A stretch of 64,000 bases of DNA from Vitrella brassicaformis CCMP3155 (taxonomy: Eukaryota > Protista > Chromerida): positions 558,001 to 622,000 of the forward strand of contig CDMY01000243.1 in assembly GCA_001179505.1 (NCBI GenBank), given 5' to 3'. Position 1 is the stretch's first letter. Each line of letters opens with the position of its first letter. The position numbers and the translations under genes are program-made. A model generated the notes under the pieces. That model had not been told where the DNA came from and did not search any database. It worked only from the letters and a program-made list of their open reading frames with translations. Positions 36,501-49,610 of the stretch are shown here, one piece after another.

Positions 36501-39455
36501 TGCCGTCGCCCTCGGCCTTGTCGAGCACCTCATAGACCCGCTCCTTCTGGCACTTGTCGCTGCACTCACTCCACTTTGTCCACTGACCCTTGCAGTCAGC
36601 AGCTGACACCACACACACACACGCATCCGGGGGGGGATGCAAGTTTGTGTGGCTGTCGACATGCCTGCCTCACTCCCTCACCGCATTGGTCGTCTTTGCA
36701 TTTGCGTCTTTCCTGGAAGCCATCTGGTCTCGGGCAGTTCTTGCCCTTGCCCTCCGGCTCCTGCGTGACCTTGAGTGTCCGCTTCTGCTCGCACTTCTCG
36801 TCACAATCGCTCCAGTCGCCCCACTCATACTCGCAATCCACGGCTGCAACACACAACAACAATGGCCATTCACGGGTGTATGTCTGGCGTGTGTGTGGTC
36901 TGCACCGATCTCGCAGTCGTCATCGTCGCATTCCTCGATCTCCTCGTCCCCGTCTTCGTAGGGGCACTGCTCACCCTCGCCGACGGCATCCTCCTTGATC
37001 GTGTACACGCGAGACCGTGTGCAGTTGGTGCCACACTTGCTCCACTCGCCCCAGCCGCCAACACAGTCGGTGTCTACCAGAACAGAACGTACCAACCGAT
37101 ACGATACAGTGCAGTGCAGTGCATGCCAACGGCGGGGCGGGACGAGGGGTTGGTGGGTGTTTGTACCTTTAAGTTTGCAGGCTGATTTGGGGCACGTTCT
37201 CTTCTCCTGGTCCTGGTCTTCATAGTCGCAGGGGTCGCCCTTGCCCTTGGCCTCGCGGGTGACGTTGAACGTCCGCACCGTCTCGCACTTATCGTCGCAC
37301 TCACCCCAATCGCCCCACTCCCCCTTGCAGTCCACATCTGCACAAACAAATGACCCACCCACCGTTTGGTCTCATGTTATGTTGTGTTTCTCTGTCCGTT
37401 GGCTCACTTCCATCGCATTCGTCATCGTCGCATTCTCGTGTCTCAGTGGCGCCATCTTTCTCAGGGCAGGGGTCCCCCTTGCCGGTGGCGTTGGCCGTGA
37501 TGGTGAAGACTCTCTCTTGCTCGCACTCCTCGCTACACTTTGACCACTTCCCCCAATCGCCCACACACGGCTTGTCTGCATCGACAGAGGGATGGGATAC
37601 ATACGGGGGTCGTATCGTGTATATCTGCTTGTGTATGTTGCTGTGGTCATATATGGCTGACCGGCAGGGCATTCGCCCCCCTCGCACGTGCGCTTCTGTT
37701 TGGTCCTGTCCTCGAATAGACACTCCTTGCCGCCACCCACCGCCTCACGCTCGAGCCGGAAGATTCGCTGCTGCTCACAGTCCTCGTCGCACTTGCCCCA
37801 CTCGCCCCACTGACCCAGACAGTCAAGGTCTGCAACACACACACACACACACACACACACAGAGGAGAAGACACCTACTATTAAGTGGCCTAGAGTGACC
37901 AGACAGGCTGAGGTCGCTTGTTTGTTTCTGACCGTCGCAAAGTTCTTCCATGCAGCCCTCTTCCTGCAGCTCTCCGTGTGCGTATGGGCACTGGTCCCCC
38001 TTGCCAGCGGCGCTCTCCTTGACCATGTAGCTCCTCACCCGCTTGCACTTCTTCTTGTCGCATTCACTCCAGGGCAGCCAGTCTCCGCGGCAGTCCCGCG
38101 ATGGCGTCAGGATGGGCGGCACCACGTACCCGTCTTCACCGTACTCGTAGTCGTAATCGCCAGCGTAGGTGCACTCCTCCCCCGCACACACCTGCAACTC
38201 CACCATCCCGTTCTTCACGGGGCAGGCCTTGCCGCCATTCTTGGCGGGACGAGAGATGGCGTAGATGCGCTCTTGCGTGCAGTCAGCCGAACAGCTAGAC
38301 CAAGATGACCTGGGTGAGCAGCAGGAAAGGCACCAACACATTACATTCGTCTGTCTGTGGCTGGGCTGAGACGCTTTTTGTCTGTGTTTATTCGTACGTA
38401 CCAGCTGCCTTTGCAGTCTTGGGGGGCGGCCTTTTCGGGGCACTTGGGGCACTCTCGCGTCTGTTTCTCGCCGTCAGGGAACTTGCACACATCGTCGGTG
38501 CCGGGCTTGGGCATGACGACTCGATACTGCCGTTCTTGTGTGCAGGTCTCCTCGTCACAGGGGCTCCATGGCGTAAAGAAGCCCTTGCAGTCGTCCTCGC
38601 CCTTGACGGCTTTCTTCTTTTTCTTCTTCTGCTGATTGGCTGTCTGCTTACTGTCCGTGAAGGCATCTGGCTGTTGCTCTGTACCGGCGCCGAACCACCA
38701 GTCGAGCACGTCACCCACCGTGCCCCATACTGAAGATGCTGAGGAAAGAGAGCAGACACATAGCATAGGTGATTGGGGTCTGTGGTGCCTGCCATTCACG
38801 TACATTTGTCGATGTCGTCGACCGACGCGAATTTGCTGAGCATTGGGTCGCCGTCCTCCTTCTGCTGTTCGCACAGGTCCTCCGAGCACTCGCCCACCAC
38901 CTTGGTGCCGTGAGGGAAGGCGCAGTTGCTGGTGTCGCCGTCCTCCTGAGCCGGATTCTCGTACCACTTGACCCTCGAGCAGTCCTCGGTGCACCGGCTC
39001 CACTCGGTCCACTTGCCCTCGCATTTCTTGGCGTCTTTGCTGCCCATGGCGCTGACCTTGGCCTTGCCCTCGGGCACTCCATTCCGCGACAGACACACTA
39101 CCCTGCCGTCCTCCACGGTCGGCGTGCCGGCCCCCTCAGGGGCGAAGTAGTGCAGGTGGCAGTTGTCCTTGCGCGTCATGAAGAAAGAGATGCCTTGGCA
39201 GGGGGTGTACTCGTTGAGAGCGAAGGTCAGGCATGCCCCCGCACACGCCTTGAGGTCGCCATCGGGCACCGACACCTGCCGCTCCAGCACCGCCCTCTCC
39301 TTGGTCCTGGGAGGGATACACACGCCGCTCTGGTTGAGGCCTTCCTGCAACAGCGCTGTGTATCCCTCGGGCACCTCCAGCTGCTGTGCCGAGGCCGTCA
39401 CGAGCACCGACACCAGCAGCAGTGCGATGATACAACGGTTAGCGCAATTCGTCAT
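33532..39455 (-). CDS. Type I transmembrane adhesin: signal peptide, PAN/apple domain, ~14 thrombospondin type-1 repeats, a Cys-rich module, TM helix and a long cytoplasmic tail ending GWV
   Basis: MTNCANRCIIALLLVSVLVTASA signal peptide. PAN-like CAGAC...CQGISFF...NCHL. Repeated CxGxWxxWSxCxxxCxxxR...C motifs. TM FTLVLSMCIAIIIAAVIACTIMV followed by RRHK. The last exon (33747-33532) joins in frame after LGRP. Confidence 0.9.
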
Positions 39456-39930
39456 TGTGGCGGCTCGTATGTGAGTCAGCCTCAGCGGGGCAGGCGGAAT
39501 GTCATCGAACAAGTGGATAGCCCCCTCCTCCTCTCGTGGCAGCAGCGATCACAACCGCTACTCAGCCTTGACGAGGGAACGTGGCGGCCGCCGTCCCGAG
39601 GGCCACAGGAAGCCCCTCTACGAAGAAAATAGCCAGCGAGTTTCCTTCTCTCCTCGTTTAATTTGGCCCTCCCTCTACCTCCTCCAGCGCCAACGGCTGT
39701 CGCTCGACTGGCCTCGTCTGTGCTTGCAGCCGTAGCTTCGTGTGGCCTCTATGCCGTGCGACTTAGCCTTGTGCCGCGCTCCTCTCCCTTCCCTGATTCC
39801 TTGTGTGAAGGACAACTAATTCTGTCCGTACAAGCTCGCAAGTCAGGGGAGGGAGGGAGAGACAGGCAGAGCAGCAACACACACCTTGTTTGAGCCCCTA
39901 CATCGAAAAAGGACTTCCAGTGGCACCACG

Positions 39931-42900
39931 ATGTCTTCGAATGCCATCATCGGCGAGGCGGTGACCTATCTGATATTTGCAGTGACCTTCGCGGCAGTCA
40001 ACATCATGTTGTTGGACATCGACCAGTCCGCCGACGTGTATCAGGCCGTGACACAGCCGCTGCTCAATGCAGGTGGGTGGACACGAGCGAACAAAAGGAG
40101 ACAACAGGTGAGACAGGCAGTCACACATGTTTGCTTGGCTGTAGGATGCCGAGGGGAGGCTTCAGACACCTGCCCCCCCGCATTTGTCAATGTGACGAAC
40201 CCCAGGCAAATCTACGCCTGGATCAAAGGGGTAGACCCTGGCAACATATGTACATGAATCCCACTGCAAATGTGATGTCCCTCTCTTGCGTCTATCTCTG
40301 TGTTTGGCAGGTGTTGTTTCCCGGTATGTTTGATGAGATGCCCATTCTGGGCGACTTCGACGACTTCTGTCATCCCACGTACCCCTGCGACCTGGGTGAG
40401 GGTGACTGCGACGATGTCGACAATGCAGCCGATTGCAGGGGGGCTCTAAGATGCGGACAGGTACACAGGCCCACACAAGTCCAGATACCTGCCGGCGAGC
40501 CGATCCAGTGCCTGCTCTGCTGTACCTGACAGCCTATGTGGCCTCATGATAAGCGTCGCATTCGGACATCCCCCGCATGTACCAACAACTCCGTTCCTCT
40601 AACCACACAAGTAAAACTCACGCTGCCAGCAGCCGACAAGATGATATACCAATAGGTGGTCGATGCTCTCTGCAGGTGCTATCGTATCTGCCGCATAACG
40701 CCATCGGCTTTTACAGTGCGCTGGCCGACCTCACCCAGCAGGCGAGCAACTCATCCGCAGGGGGCTTGTCTCAGACTTATGACGTTCATTCGACTAAGGC
40801 AAGGCTGGAGGCAGAGTACTACTTCGCTCTGGCAAGAGGTGGGTCGAAGAGCTGGATATGTGTGCGCAAGCACACGAGGAAGACAGAAGAAACAGTGTTC
40901 TATCTGATACACGTCAGGTCCCATTTGGACTGCAAACAAAGGCTGGAATCCTGAGATATTTTTACCGTACCCTGACCATCTGGATGGCAACAGGATCCTC
41001 AGTCAGGTGTATTTGGTGAGAGTATGGAGAAAGACACAGATTTTCACCATGCACACGGCTGACAAACCACCTGTACTCACCTGGATGTCAGGGCCAGGCG
41101 TTCAACTACAGCGAGAACTGTGGGTTCCAAGAGGTGTGTCTGCTACCGTTGGGGCTCACGATGCAGCCGCCACACGGCGAAGGCAAGACGTATAATCAGC
41201 TGGTGGAGAAACCCTGGTGAGACGGAGACACGTTACAGCAGGGTGGTGCGACTCCACGATCGAGTCTCTCGATGCAGGTTCTACGCCCGGCGATTCATGC
41301 TGGTAGGTGCCTTCAATCGCATTATCAAGTTAAGACTCACGCTCAAGAAGAGGCTCAAGAAGAGCAAAGCACAGGTAGTGTTGCAACGACGGCAAGCCTC
41401 GAAGACTGACGCACACCCACGCTGCATCATCTCCTTGACAGTCGAATCCGTCTTGGAGTTTTGGTGATTATTTCCCCCGCGTGTGGCCGGCTCGTGCCAG
41501 TAGCCACTACACTGCCGAGGGGTCCAATGCAGGAGAGCACAAAGACGGACTCACCAGGTACACATAAACAAGGAAGACAGCACGACCCAGACACCGGCAG
41601 AAAGGACTTGCATGTTCCTTTCGCGCGTAGGGCGGATGGCCGAAAGCGGTCCTACGTGACCCGCAAGTCATACCTTCGCAAAGGCGGCTATGTTGAATTC
41701 TTTGATCCGCGAGACACCGTGCACAGCGCCGACATGTGGCTGGATAAGCTGGAGCAGCTCAGAGTGAGTAAGTAGCGAAGAATCCCAATAAAGCTGTCTG
41801 CAACTTACGGCGTGTGATGGACGTCATCTGCTAGGCTGAGGGTTGGTTCGAGGCTGACATGGCCTCAATGGTCGTTGATCTCATGCTATATAACGGCAAT
41901 GTGGACAAGTTCATACAGGTAAATGAGAGACAGACATACAATCAGAGAGAGAAAGAGGGACGTGTGGTTTGCGTGTATCAGGTAGCCTTCCTGTTTGAGA
42001 ACAGCCTGGCTGGCATACTGAAAAACTGGATTAAGGCGCGGCCCTTCTCGACGGCACTCTACGACCTACGAAAACTCAAAAACGCCGTGCGGCTGATACT
42101 TGAAGGTGTCGTGCTCATACTATTTGGATACTTCTCTGTGCAAGAGCTTCGCTTCTTTGCGAACGTCGGCCCAGTGAGTGAGCACGGCATACGTAGGGAC
42201 GTGTCTGTGTATTTCGGTATTGTCTTGCCAGGCGGATTACTTCAAGGACCCCATGAAGCTATTGGATTGCGTTTCGCTAGGTCTTTGCTTCAGCGCGATC
42301 CTCTTCTACATCAGTCTGGTGTTCAACTACACATTCTCGCACTTTGAGTTCAAACCACAAGTGAGTGAGTGAGTGACGAAGACGCGGACCTACAGCTCTT
42401 CCCTTGAATCAAGTGCCTGTTGGCCTGCCTGTAGGTGCAAGCAGTGGGCACCGAGCCGGATGGCTATGTGTCTGATCTCATCTACAGCAACCTGGAGGAG
42501 CTGGCCGTCATCGCTGCGTCCGTCAACCGAGTCGTGGCCATCAACATCTGCTGCCTGTTCGTCCGGTCGCTCACCTTCTTGGAGTCTGTGTCGCCCACAT
42601 GGGGCATCCTCATTACCACCATTGGGCGCGGAGGCCCCAACCTGCTAGCTTTCATCTTCCTCTTCTTCGTTGTCTTCTTCGGCTTCTCCTTGGCCGGGTA
42701 TTTTATCTTTGGCGCGAATTATGGCGGTCAGTGAGCAGCAGGAGACACAACTACATGGAGAATGGAGGGTATTGTGCTGTACATACAGGGATGTCGACTG
42801 TCCCCAACAGCGTAATGAGATGCTTCATCATGCTAAGCGGCCATCCAAAATTCGACAAACTTCAGCAAGCTGACCCGTAAGAGAAACTCACAAAACGCAC

Positions 42901-45900
42901 CAAAGGCATTATAAGGAACTCAATCGCTGTCTCTCTTTCCTGCGTCCGCAGGCAGTGGTCAACTCCCTTCTTCTACGTCTTCTACATTGGCTTTCTTCTC
43001 GTGTTGTCAAACCTGTTCATATCGATCGTCTTGAGCGCCTACAAGAGAGAAGTTGCGCGCATCAATGCAATGGGCCATCTGGAGGACCCCATCTCTCAGC
43101 TAGTTGGCTTCATTGAAGAGGCGTTCATCAAGCGATTCTCTGCACTGAAAAAGGTGACACAGAAACAAAGCCCGCTTGTGAAAACGACCTCTGACTGTGT
43201 GTTCGCCATCAGCTGCAAATGGTCAAATACATGGGCAAAGGGCTAGGTGTCCGTCGCATCAGCCCCGATCGCGTCAAGGAGCTCATGCGTCTGAAGGAGG
43301 AGGCCAACCGCCCCTGCAGCAGTGAGTGCTGGGGCATTGTCGTCTTCTTCGCCATATTTATAGTCTTCATCTACATGCAGGTATGTCAACTAGTCTGCTT
43401 GGTCGATTGTTCTGCCTATTTCGTTTGTTTCAGTCACGCACAATGACGGTGTATCACATCAAAAGGCTGTCTGAATTGGCGATTGAGGAGTCGAGATGGC
43501 AGATGACCCTCAAGGGCTCCACGGCCGACTGGGAGACCTCCTTCCAGCGGGTGTCAAAGATGAACCAGGTGGAGGAGTTCATGCGCGAGGTCATACAGGA
43601 GAGACTCTTTACACACTTTGACCACGAGACCCGCTATCTCGGCTTTACCAACCAGGTGCGCTCTCTCGTCAGTGCATCGAACACTTTCTTACCATGTTTC
43701 TGCATCTCTCATGAGTAGATGGGTGGCCCCTGGCAGAGTGCTGTTGGAGTCCATTCGCTGGTCCGCATGACGATTCAGCTCGCATGCTATCGAAAGAACG
43801 ACATTCGGAGATACAAATATGGTTAGCTGGCGATTGATTCGGAGCCACCTCATACATTAGCACTTCATCTTTTCTGCAGGCTATTATTTCCTTCGCACCA
43901 CACCGAATGAGTATTGCCCCTCGGAGCCGTGTTCGCGAAACAACGAAGACCCTTGCCGGAACTACTACGGCGAAAGGGTCCGTCCACTTCTACATGTGCA
44001 TGCACAGCACATATTTGTGCGCCCTGTTTGATTGTTCAGTACAAGCGGTCTCAATACAAGGGTCGCTTCAAGGCACCCATCTCACGAGACACGTAAGAGA
44101 TAAGGAGACACATATCCCTGCACTGTGCAATAATCCTCGCGTCGTCAGATACTATTACTCGCCGAACAAGAACACATACTTACGGGTCGGCGGGTACCCG
44201 CTGGCCCTGGGCGTGGACAAGGGAGACGTGGAAAGAAACATATTTGAAATCGTCAAGGTGAGCTTCCCCGTCCTGCTATGGTGGTCTGTAGGGATTCATG
44301 CTTGTCTTTTTGCTGTGCCTGTCGGCAGGATGGTGTGTTCACGCCCGATGTGGTGTCATTGGTGTTCGACTGGGTCACGTACAGCGGCAACCTGGACGTC
44401 TTTGGATACTCGAAGGCCGAATTCTCACTCAGTATGCTGACCGCAACGGCAAACGAAGAGCAGATAGTTGTTGCATGCGCTGTCTGTCCCATGTCTGCTT
44501 CTAGGCAGCACTGGTCAGATCAAGAAGAGTTTCTCCGTCCGAACCTTCCCTCTCAACTTCTACCACGGAGGGCACTGGTCAGAACAGGCTTGCACACGCA
44601 AGCGACATCCGTCCACCATTCTCTCCTTCTGCGTCTCAGGTATGTGCACTCGCGTCGAGCCATTCTAGCCCTGCAAGTCCTTTACGTGCTCTTCGTGGCG
44701 TATTACATCTCGAACCTGCTGAGGGATCTCTATCGCCAGAAACTGCTATCATCTGCTAAGGGGCGAAGAACCATTGGAGCAATAATCGACTTCTACTCGG
44801 TGCGCGCTGAGTGAGACACAACACCAACCTACGTTTGTGCGCATTGGGATAATGTGTTATAGAACGACGCGTGGAATATATCTGACTCGATCTCGCTGGT
44901 CCTGTCCGTGCTCACGATCGTCTACTGGCTATTGTACATATGCCCACATCCACGTGTGGGCACCAAACCTTTTCCATGGAGGTATGAGATTCCGTCCATT
45001 GACCGGCTAAGAAGGCAGAGGGCCTACCTCGCGCAAGGTGAGTGGGACACGCATGTCTCCGGTGCTATACATCACGTCCATTATCGTCTGCATTCGTATA
45101 GGCCTGGATTCTCTGTACCGTCCTCCGTTTTCTGTCAATGCGACGCTGGGTGTCGACAACTTTGACGACATCTTCTACCCGCTTGATGAGTTTAGCGTAT
45201 CGTCGTCCACATACGACGTCTTCACCAAGATCGCCGGCGTCAACACATTCTTCGTCTCTATCCGAGTGCTCAAGTATTCCTGCCTTCACAACAGCACGAC
45301 GGTGACTTGGCTGCATGGATGGTGTTTTGTCTGTCAGGTACATGCAGCATCTTCCTACAATTGGCGTCATGGCAAGGACACTGGGTGAATCCGCCGCCCA
45401 GATCATCAACTTCACTTTCCTGATCGTCCTGCTGCTCGTGGGATTCCCTGTAATGTTCCATGTTGAGTACGGCACGCAGTTTGCACAGTTTAGGAACGTG
45501 CCACAGGCCATGATCACGCTGTTCCGGTGAGTGAGCCAACACAGAGTGCAGATTGTATGCCAACGCACACACAGCACCGGTTTCCTCCCATGTCTCCGCG
45601 ACATAATGTTCCGGTCCAGGTACATGATTGGTTCATTTGATGTGTCTGCAATGTATGAGAATGACCCCATCTTCACCGCCGTGTTGTTCGTGCTGTTTAT
45701 GCTGCTGTTCTTCTTCATCCTCGTCAACATGTATCTGGCCATCATGATCACCAAGTGGCGCATGATCGTGGCGCAACAGCAGGGGGGACACCAGACGAAG
45801 GACCAGAAGATGTAGGCTCCAAGTCTTTCATGTCTCTTCCTCATGGGCGTGTCTTTGTGTTTGTCAGTCGCCCGAGTGCGTGGGCCAGGTATCGCACATT

Positions 45901-47169
45901 GAGTCGGAGCGCAGCGGCGCTCCGCGAAGCCATGAAGGACAAAGGCAAGCGGCCGACATTCGTCAGCATCTGGACAAAGGCCAGGAATGCAAGAGTGAGC
46001 GAAAACCACTCCCATGCATCAGTGGTGTTTCGATGTCATATTTGGTCGTGTATGCATCCCGTACGCAGATGCGCGAGGGCATCATCAATGCACTGAAAGC
46101 ATCAGCTGACGAGACCAAAAGCCACGCAGTCCCCGAGAGCGATGCGCTCGTTGCAATAGAAGGCCATCCAGGTGGCAAGGAGGCCACGGCAGCTGCTGGT
46201 GGTGATGAAGGGTATGAGACGGTGATCGAAACAATGTCCGATGGCACGACACGACTCGTCAAGAGACAGGTAGGTACATTTTGTCTGCCATTATGATGTC
46301 TGTCGTATCCCACCGGTTGGTCGTATGTGGTTTGCCAGAGTGCCATTTCTCAGTTCTCTGCAAAGGTGAGGGCCATCACGCAAGCGTCCAATACGGCCAT
46401 CATCCAGTCAGTCACCCAGCGGCTCTTCAACGACCCAAGCGGGCTCTCAAAGCAGCTCATAGAACAAGTATGTCAGGAAAGCATCCGCAGAGATCTGTGT
46501 CCAATGTCTTTCTGTCCATTCGCGGATGCAGCTCGATGTGTCCAAAGGCCCCGATGCGTCTCTCCATCTTGATGCTCTGGTGATGGTGCTCGGATCGCAC
46601 AGGGGCAGGCTTGTCTTTCGGCAGCTGTTTCCCAGTATGTTTGAGCTAATGCTGCGCAGACAGGATCCACTGAAGGCTCGGATGTCCATAAGGACCGCCG
46701 CTACGCCACACTTGCGGAGGCAATTCAAGGCGGCAAAGGATGAAGTCATACAGGCAGAACGGTAGAAGAGGAGACAAGAATCAACAGAATGAACATCGGC
46801 CCATGTCCCTCTTTCAGCATCTTGGATAAACTCGAGCTCACTGCCAAAATGGAGTCGCTGAACCATCAACTGCGCTACTATGAGTCGAGACTTGATAATG
46901 CAAAGCTCTACAACTGGGTCAGCAAAGAAGGGAAGTACAGAGGACACATGGCGGCTGAACTAATGTCTCTCTCTTGATTCACTCAGGTTTACATGGAGTA
47001 CATCACAGAGCTCGAACGTCGCATAGCCAAGGTTAAGGACGAGACAGAGGCAATCAGGACGAAGACCAAGATATTGGTCGACATCGCCAGACCCCTCATA
47101 GACGGCGACATGTTGGGCGACCGTATGAGCAGTCGCTGCAGCAGTGCACTACTGGCAGTGCCTGAATGA
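39931..47169 (+). CDS. Polycystin-2 (PKD2/TRPP)-like cation channel with two tandem channel repeats; many exons
   Basis: Repeat 1: KGGYVEFF...MVVDLMLYNGNVDKF...RSLTFL...LLAFIFLFFVVFFGFSLAGYFIFG...LSNLFISIV. Repeat 2: RVGGYPL...LVFDWVTYSGNLDVF...IRVLKYMQHLP...FLIVLLLVGFPVMFHVEYG...FRNVPQAMITLFRYMIG...LVNMYLAIM. C-terminal coiled coil ends ...LAVPE* at 47169. Confidence 0.88.
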
Positions 47170-47646
47170 GGATTACAGAAGCTGACGTTTGTTGTAGAAT
47201 GCAGAGGCAACGGTAGGGGAGGGCGGCGTGCGTAGCAGTGACGGCGGCGTTGTAGTGAGCAGAAAATGTAGCCAACTGACGGTAGTGATCTCTCTTCGTC
47301 AAGTGCTCCTATAGATGTGGGGAGCAAGTGCTGGCATTGCTGAATGAAGGGAGGCAGAAGCGGATGAGTCTCTTTTCGCTGATCCTCGTTTTGCCCTACC
47401 ATAACATGATTGTATCCTGTGGGCACTTCTCTGCCTCTCTTCTGAGAATTTACGATCCGCTCAACGGCCAACGGCTGGGAGGGATCGCAAACGCCATCTA
47501 CCCCATCTTCCAACGCTACCTCCCCATTTCTCTCCTCGCCTTCCTCCCCTCCCAGCGACTTCTGAAAGCCGAATCCTTCTGCGCGTTCCTCTTTTGCTTT
47601 GTGAGTCCGTTCCGTTGGCCCTGTATCGGCTCTCCTTCCCGTTCCC

Positions 47647-48757
47647 ATGGCTCACGTTCCGCAGCACACTGACAGCAGGGTCAAAAACAGTAACCACCAG
47701 CCGCCCTTCCCCCTCCCCCCCCATCGTGTGCTGCTGTGTGTGCAGGCTGCTGATGTGGAGGATCCCAAGGTGTCGCTGGCTACCGAAAAGCCCAAGCGCA
47801 CCGCCCTTAAGGTGCTGGCCATCGTGGGCGGCATCGTCCTGACCGCCGCCTGCCTCTTTGGCATCATGCTCGCAGCTGTACAAGGTGGGTAGAGCAGCAG
47901 CTGTCTGCTGGGTGAAGTCCTGCTGCATCCTGTCTGCACTGTGTGTGTGCCATCAGTGTCTAAGGAGATCACGGTCTCTGATGACGAGCAGCTGGTGAAC
48001 AGCAAGGACAGCATGCCCCTGAGGTTCAGCGAAGCGCTCGACAGTCTGCCCCTGGAGGGCCTCGCATTCCTCCCGCTGAACGAGATTCAGAAAATGGAAT
48101 CCCTCCACATCAACGTATGTGACGAAGCCAATAACAGAATGGGGGGACCACACTCGCTGAATGTTTCCCTGTGTGTGTTCGTGTCGCATGGCATGTGTGT
48201 GTATGCTGCAGATGCCAGAACAGGGCTCTGAGCGTGTGTACAACATAGAGGGTGTGTTCCGCGACCTCACCACCAACACTACTGAGGTTCACCTCTCGCT
48301 CGGACACAAACTCCTCACATCACCAGGTGGGCGCTGCAGCATTGCCCAGGAGAGGGAGGAACACAAGCAAGGGACCAGCCAAACACGCGACACGCTCTGT
48401 TTGGTCGGTGCTGTGATTGCTGGCCACTCAGGCAAGTTTTCCTTGGTCGATGAGAAGGGTGCATTCGTGTACAGCGGCGAGTACGACTTCGAGTACGTCA
48501 GCACTGAGGAGCTCGAGAAGCTCATCAAGGAGGAGGCCGACACAGCCAACGACAAGGAGGGCAGCAGACGCCGCCTTGGTTTCGGCTTTAGCTTGGGAGG
48601 TTTCGGCCTCCGTCTCAGCAGGGGTGGGTATGGAGGTTGGGGGAGAGGTTACTATAGCGGCTACCGCTACCCCTCCTACTACGGCTGGGGTGGCTATCGC
48701 GGTTACAGCTATCGCCCCAGGTACTATGGAGGGTACGGCCGCTGGGGCTGGTGGTGA
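47647..48757 (+). CDS. Type II membrane protein with a C-terminal Gly/Tyr/Trp/Arg-rich tail after RRRL. The start is uncertain.
   Basis: TM VLAIVGGIVLTAACLFGIMLAAV preceded by KPKR. Further exons at ~47957-48114, 48211-48326 and 48432-48757. The tail ends ...YYGGYGRWGWW*. Confidence 0.7.
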
Positions 48758-49610
48758 GATCACCCGCCCACCCACTCGATGATCGAGATGGAGTGAGTGA
48801 CGGGCGTTTCTTTGTCAATCGCACATGTGTACACGCGCACGAGGGAATGAGCGAGATGTACAGAGAGAGCGGGGGAATTGCACGATCGCAACGGAAGGGA
48901 TACAGTAGATGTACTAATGGACTGCCAGAGCAAGGCAGGCAGGCAGGTGGATGGCATGGATGTGTGTGGGGCGGTTGGCGCACCCGTCGACCGACGGGTT
49001 TTGATGCGCCAAAGGCATCCCAAGTCCCTATCGGTGTTGTATGATGTGATTTTAGTGTTGTCTTCTACGTCCTCTGGCGTCCTCTTGGCATACCTGTCTT
49101 TGTGGTGCTACCTGATACGCCAAATGCAAGCATCTATTTGCCCATCTGACAGTCAGGTGTATCGGATGGAATTTTGCAAGTGCCTTGCGTGTCTACGTAT
49201 ACGGAGCGAGAATAGAGCAGAGCAAAGCAAGATCAGCGAACTGTGCACATTGGTCTGCACAAGTGTCTTGGTGATCGTGGCTGTTCTGCAGTGTCACTTT
49301 ATAGTAGATTTTAGTTGAGGTTTGGAATGGATAGCTGCCGGATGTATACATCGCATGCTGGCGATACAGATATCAATCCTCTGCGCAACGCTCTTGAGCT
49401 CCCACACCACCCGCACACCAGTGGAAACAAAAGCCTGCATTTTTCGAGCCGCTTGCTGTGGTGGAATCGATGGTGTTCACTCAGGAGAAGGTCTGCCCTT
49501 GCTGTGAAGCCGGCCAAACATGCATTCGACCGACAAAGCGGAAAGCTCGAAGCTGAGCGCGCATCTTTCCCTTATGAGAAGCACGAAGATCAACGAAGCT
49601 ATCTGCAGTC

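Noticed and set aside
33532-39455. Direct TRAP/MIC2 orthologue
   Set aside because: No vWA/I domain, tail far longer and basic at its end; kept only as TRAP-like
38769-39632. 287-aa plus-strand ORF
   Set aside because: Antisense shadow of exon 1 of the TSR adhesin
39931-47169. Two-pore channel (TPC) or voltage-gated channel
   Set aside because: Each repeat has a large TM1-TM2 extracellular polycystin domain and no Arg-rich S4 was seen, which fits TRPP
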